A stretch of DNA of 64,000 nucleotides from the human T2T-CHM13v2.0 reference genome, Homo sapiens. The stretch lies in assembly GCF_009914755.1 (NCBI RefSeq), contig NC_060940.1, one strand, 5' to 3'. Shown here in pieces: positions 62,849-64,000 of this stretch. Numbering within the stretch: position 1 is the stretch's first letter; each line of letters starts with the position of its first letter. The notes under the pieces were generated by a model that saw only the letters and a list, made by a program, of their open reading frames with translations, was not told where the DNA came from and ran no database searches. Both the position numbers and the translations under genes were made by a program.

Positions 62849-63785
62849 CTAGGCAGTTAACCTAGATTCCCTACCCAAAATAATCACCATTAACTATGTT
62901 GAGCCCAAGCATGGAGATCTATCTCCCCTCCCCATCCAACACACACACTAAAATAGAAGGTAGATTACAAGAATACATGACCTAAATTCCTGGCTGGATT
63001 AAGGGCAGACAAAAAAATCTTGAATAAACAGACTGCCCAGCTAAATCCCAAAGCAGTGGTAGAGAGACTGAGATGAAAGAAAGGTAAATCCATAGGTATT
63101 AACAGTCAAGAAGATACTGTATAATAGAAGAATAAAAGATGACCCAAACACTAGAATGTTAACAGTAAAAGAATTTGAATGAGATTATTTGTCTTGAAAA
63201 AATACAACTCCCACTTCTTTTTTTTTTGAGACAGAGTCTTGCTCTGTCGCCAGGCTGGAGTGCAGTGGCATGATCTTGGCTCACTGAAACATCCGCCTCC
63301 CAGGTTCAAATGATTCTCCTGCTTCAGCCTCTCGAGTAGCTGGGAATACAGGCATGCGCCACCATGCCCAACTAATTTTTTTGTATTTTTAGTAGAGACG
63401 GGGTTTCACCATGTTGGCCAGGATGGTCTCGATCTCTTGACCTCGTGATCTGCCCGCCTCGGCCTCCCAAAGTGCTGGGATTACAGGCGTGAGCCACCAC
63501 GCCCGGCCTCCCACTTCTTAACTAAATAAAATAGAAAATAAAGCAAACTTTCCATATCAAAAAAAGTGTAAGGGTTGGAGGTGGAATGAAAGAGAGTTAA
63601 TTTATTTCTTTAGAGACTAGGCAGAATAGAAGATGGACAAAACAGAAGCAGACAAGCAATTAGAACTAAATAGGGATACGAGGAACAATTAATAAAGCAC
63701 AAGGAATGAATCTTCTTTATGGATTACCATGACAATTTAGTCAGGATGCTAAGAGATACACGCATTGCTTAGTTTCTTTCGCTCA

Positions 63786-63935
<150 letters not shown>

Positions 63936-64000
63936 TCACAAATAAGCAGAGATAATGTTTAATAAGCCAGAATTTTCTGGTTAAAATACTGAAATACTCA

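Overview
Alu-dense primate (human-like) genomic DNA with two minus-strand genes in tandem. By sequence recognition this is the PHLPP2/AP1G1 locus (human 16q22). Left (1 to ~41.9 kb): the 5' half of PHLPP2, with a CpG-island promoter, two candidate first exons and coding exons 2-5 (Ras-association and PH domains). Right (~46.1-64 kb): the 3' end of AP1G1 (gamma1-adaptin), with seven coding exons (end of trunk, LLDLL hinge, GAE ear) and a ~4 kb Alu-free 3'UTR. PHLPP2 intron 3 holds a retroposed H/ACA snoRNA (SNORA70D) fused to its host-intron remnant and the last two spliced RPL10 exons. The rest is ~60 Alus plus ERV LTRs, MER DNA transposons, MIR/L1 fragments and microsatellites. I found no clearly new biological system. 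The best leads are: (1) a fossil of a snoRNA-headed polyadenylated RNA; (2) a phase-0 'AGA AAT ATG' entry into PHLPP2 exon 2 that allows an N-terminally extended isoform, a stop-less circular ORF (exons 2-4 or 2-5) and an in-frame AP1G1-PHLPP2 read-through fusion; (3) an Alu-homology-primed templated insertion; (4) a 5'-decapitated HERV-H inside an otherwise complete Alu; (5) miR-124 and miR-181 sites confined to the long AP1G1 3'UTR. Coordinates were read by eye, repeat boundaries are approximate, and subfamily names come from memory of consensus sequences.
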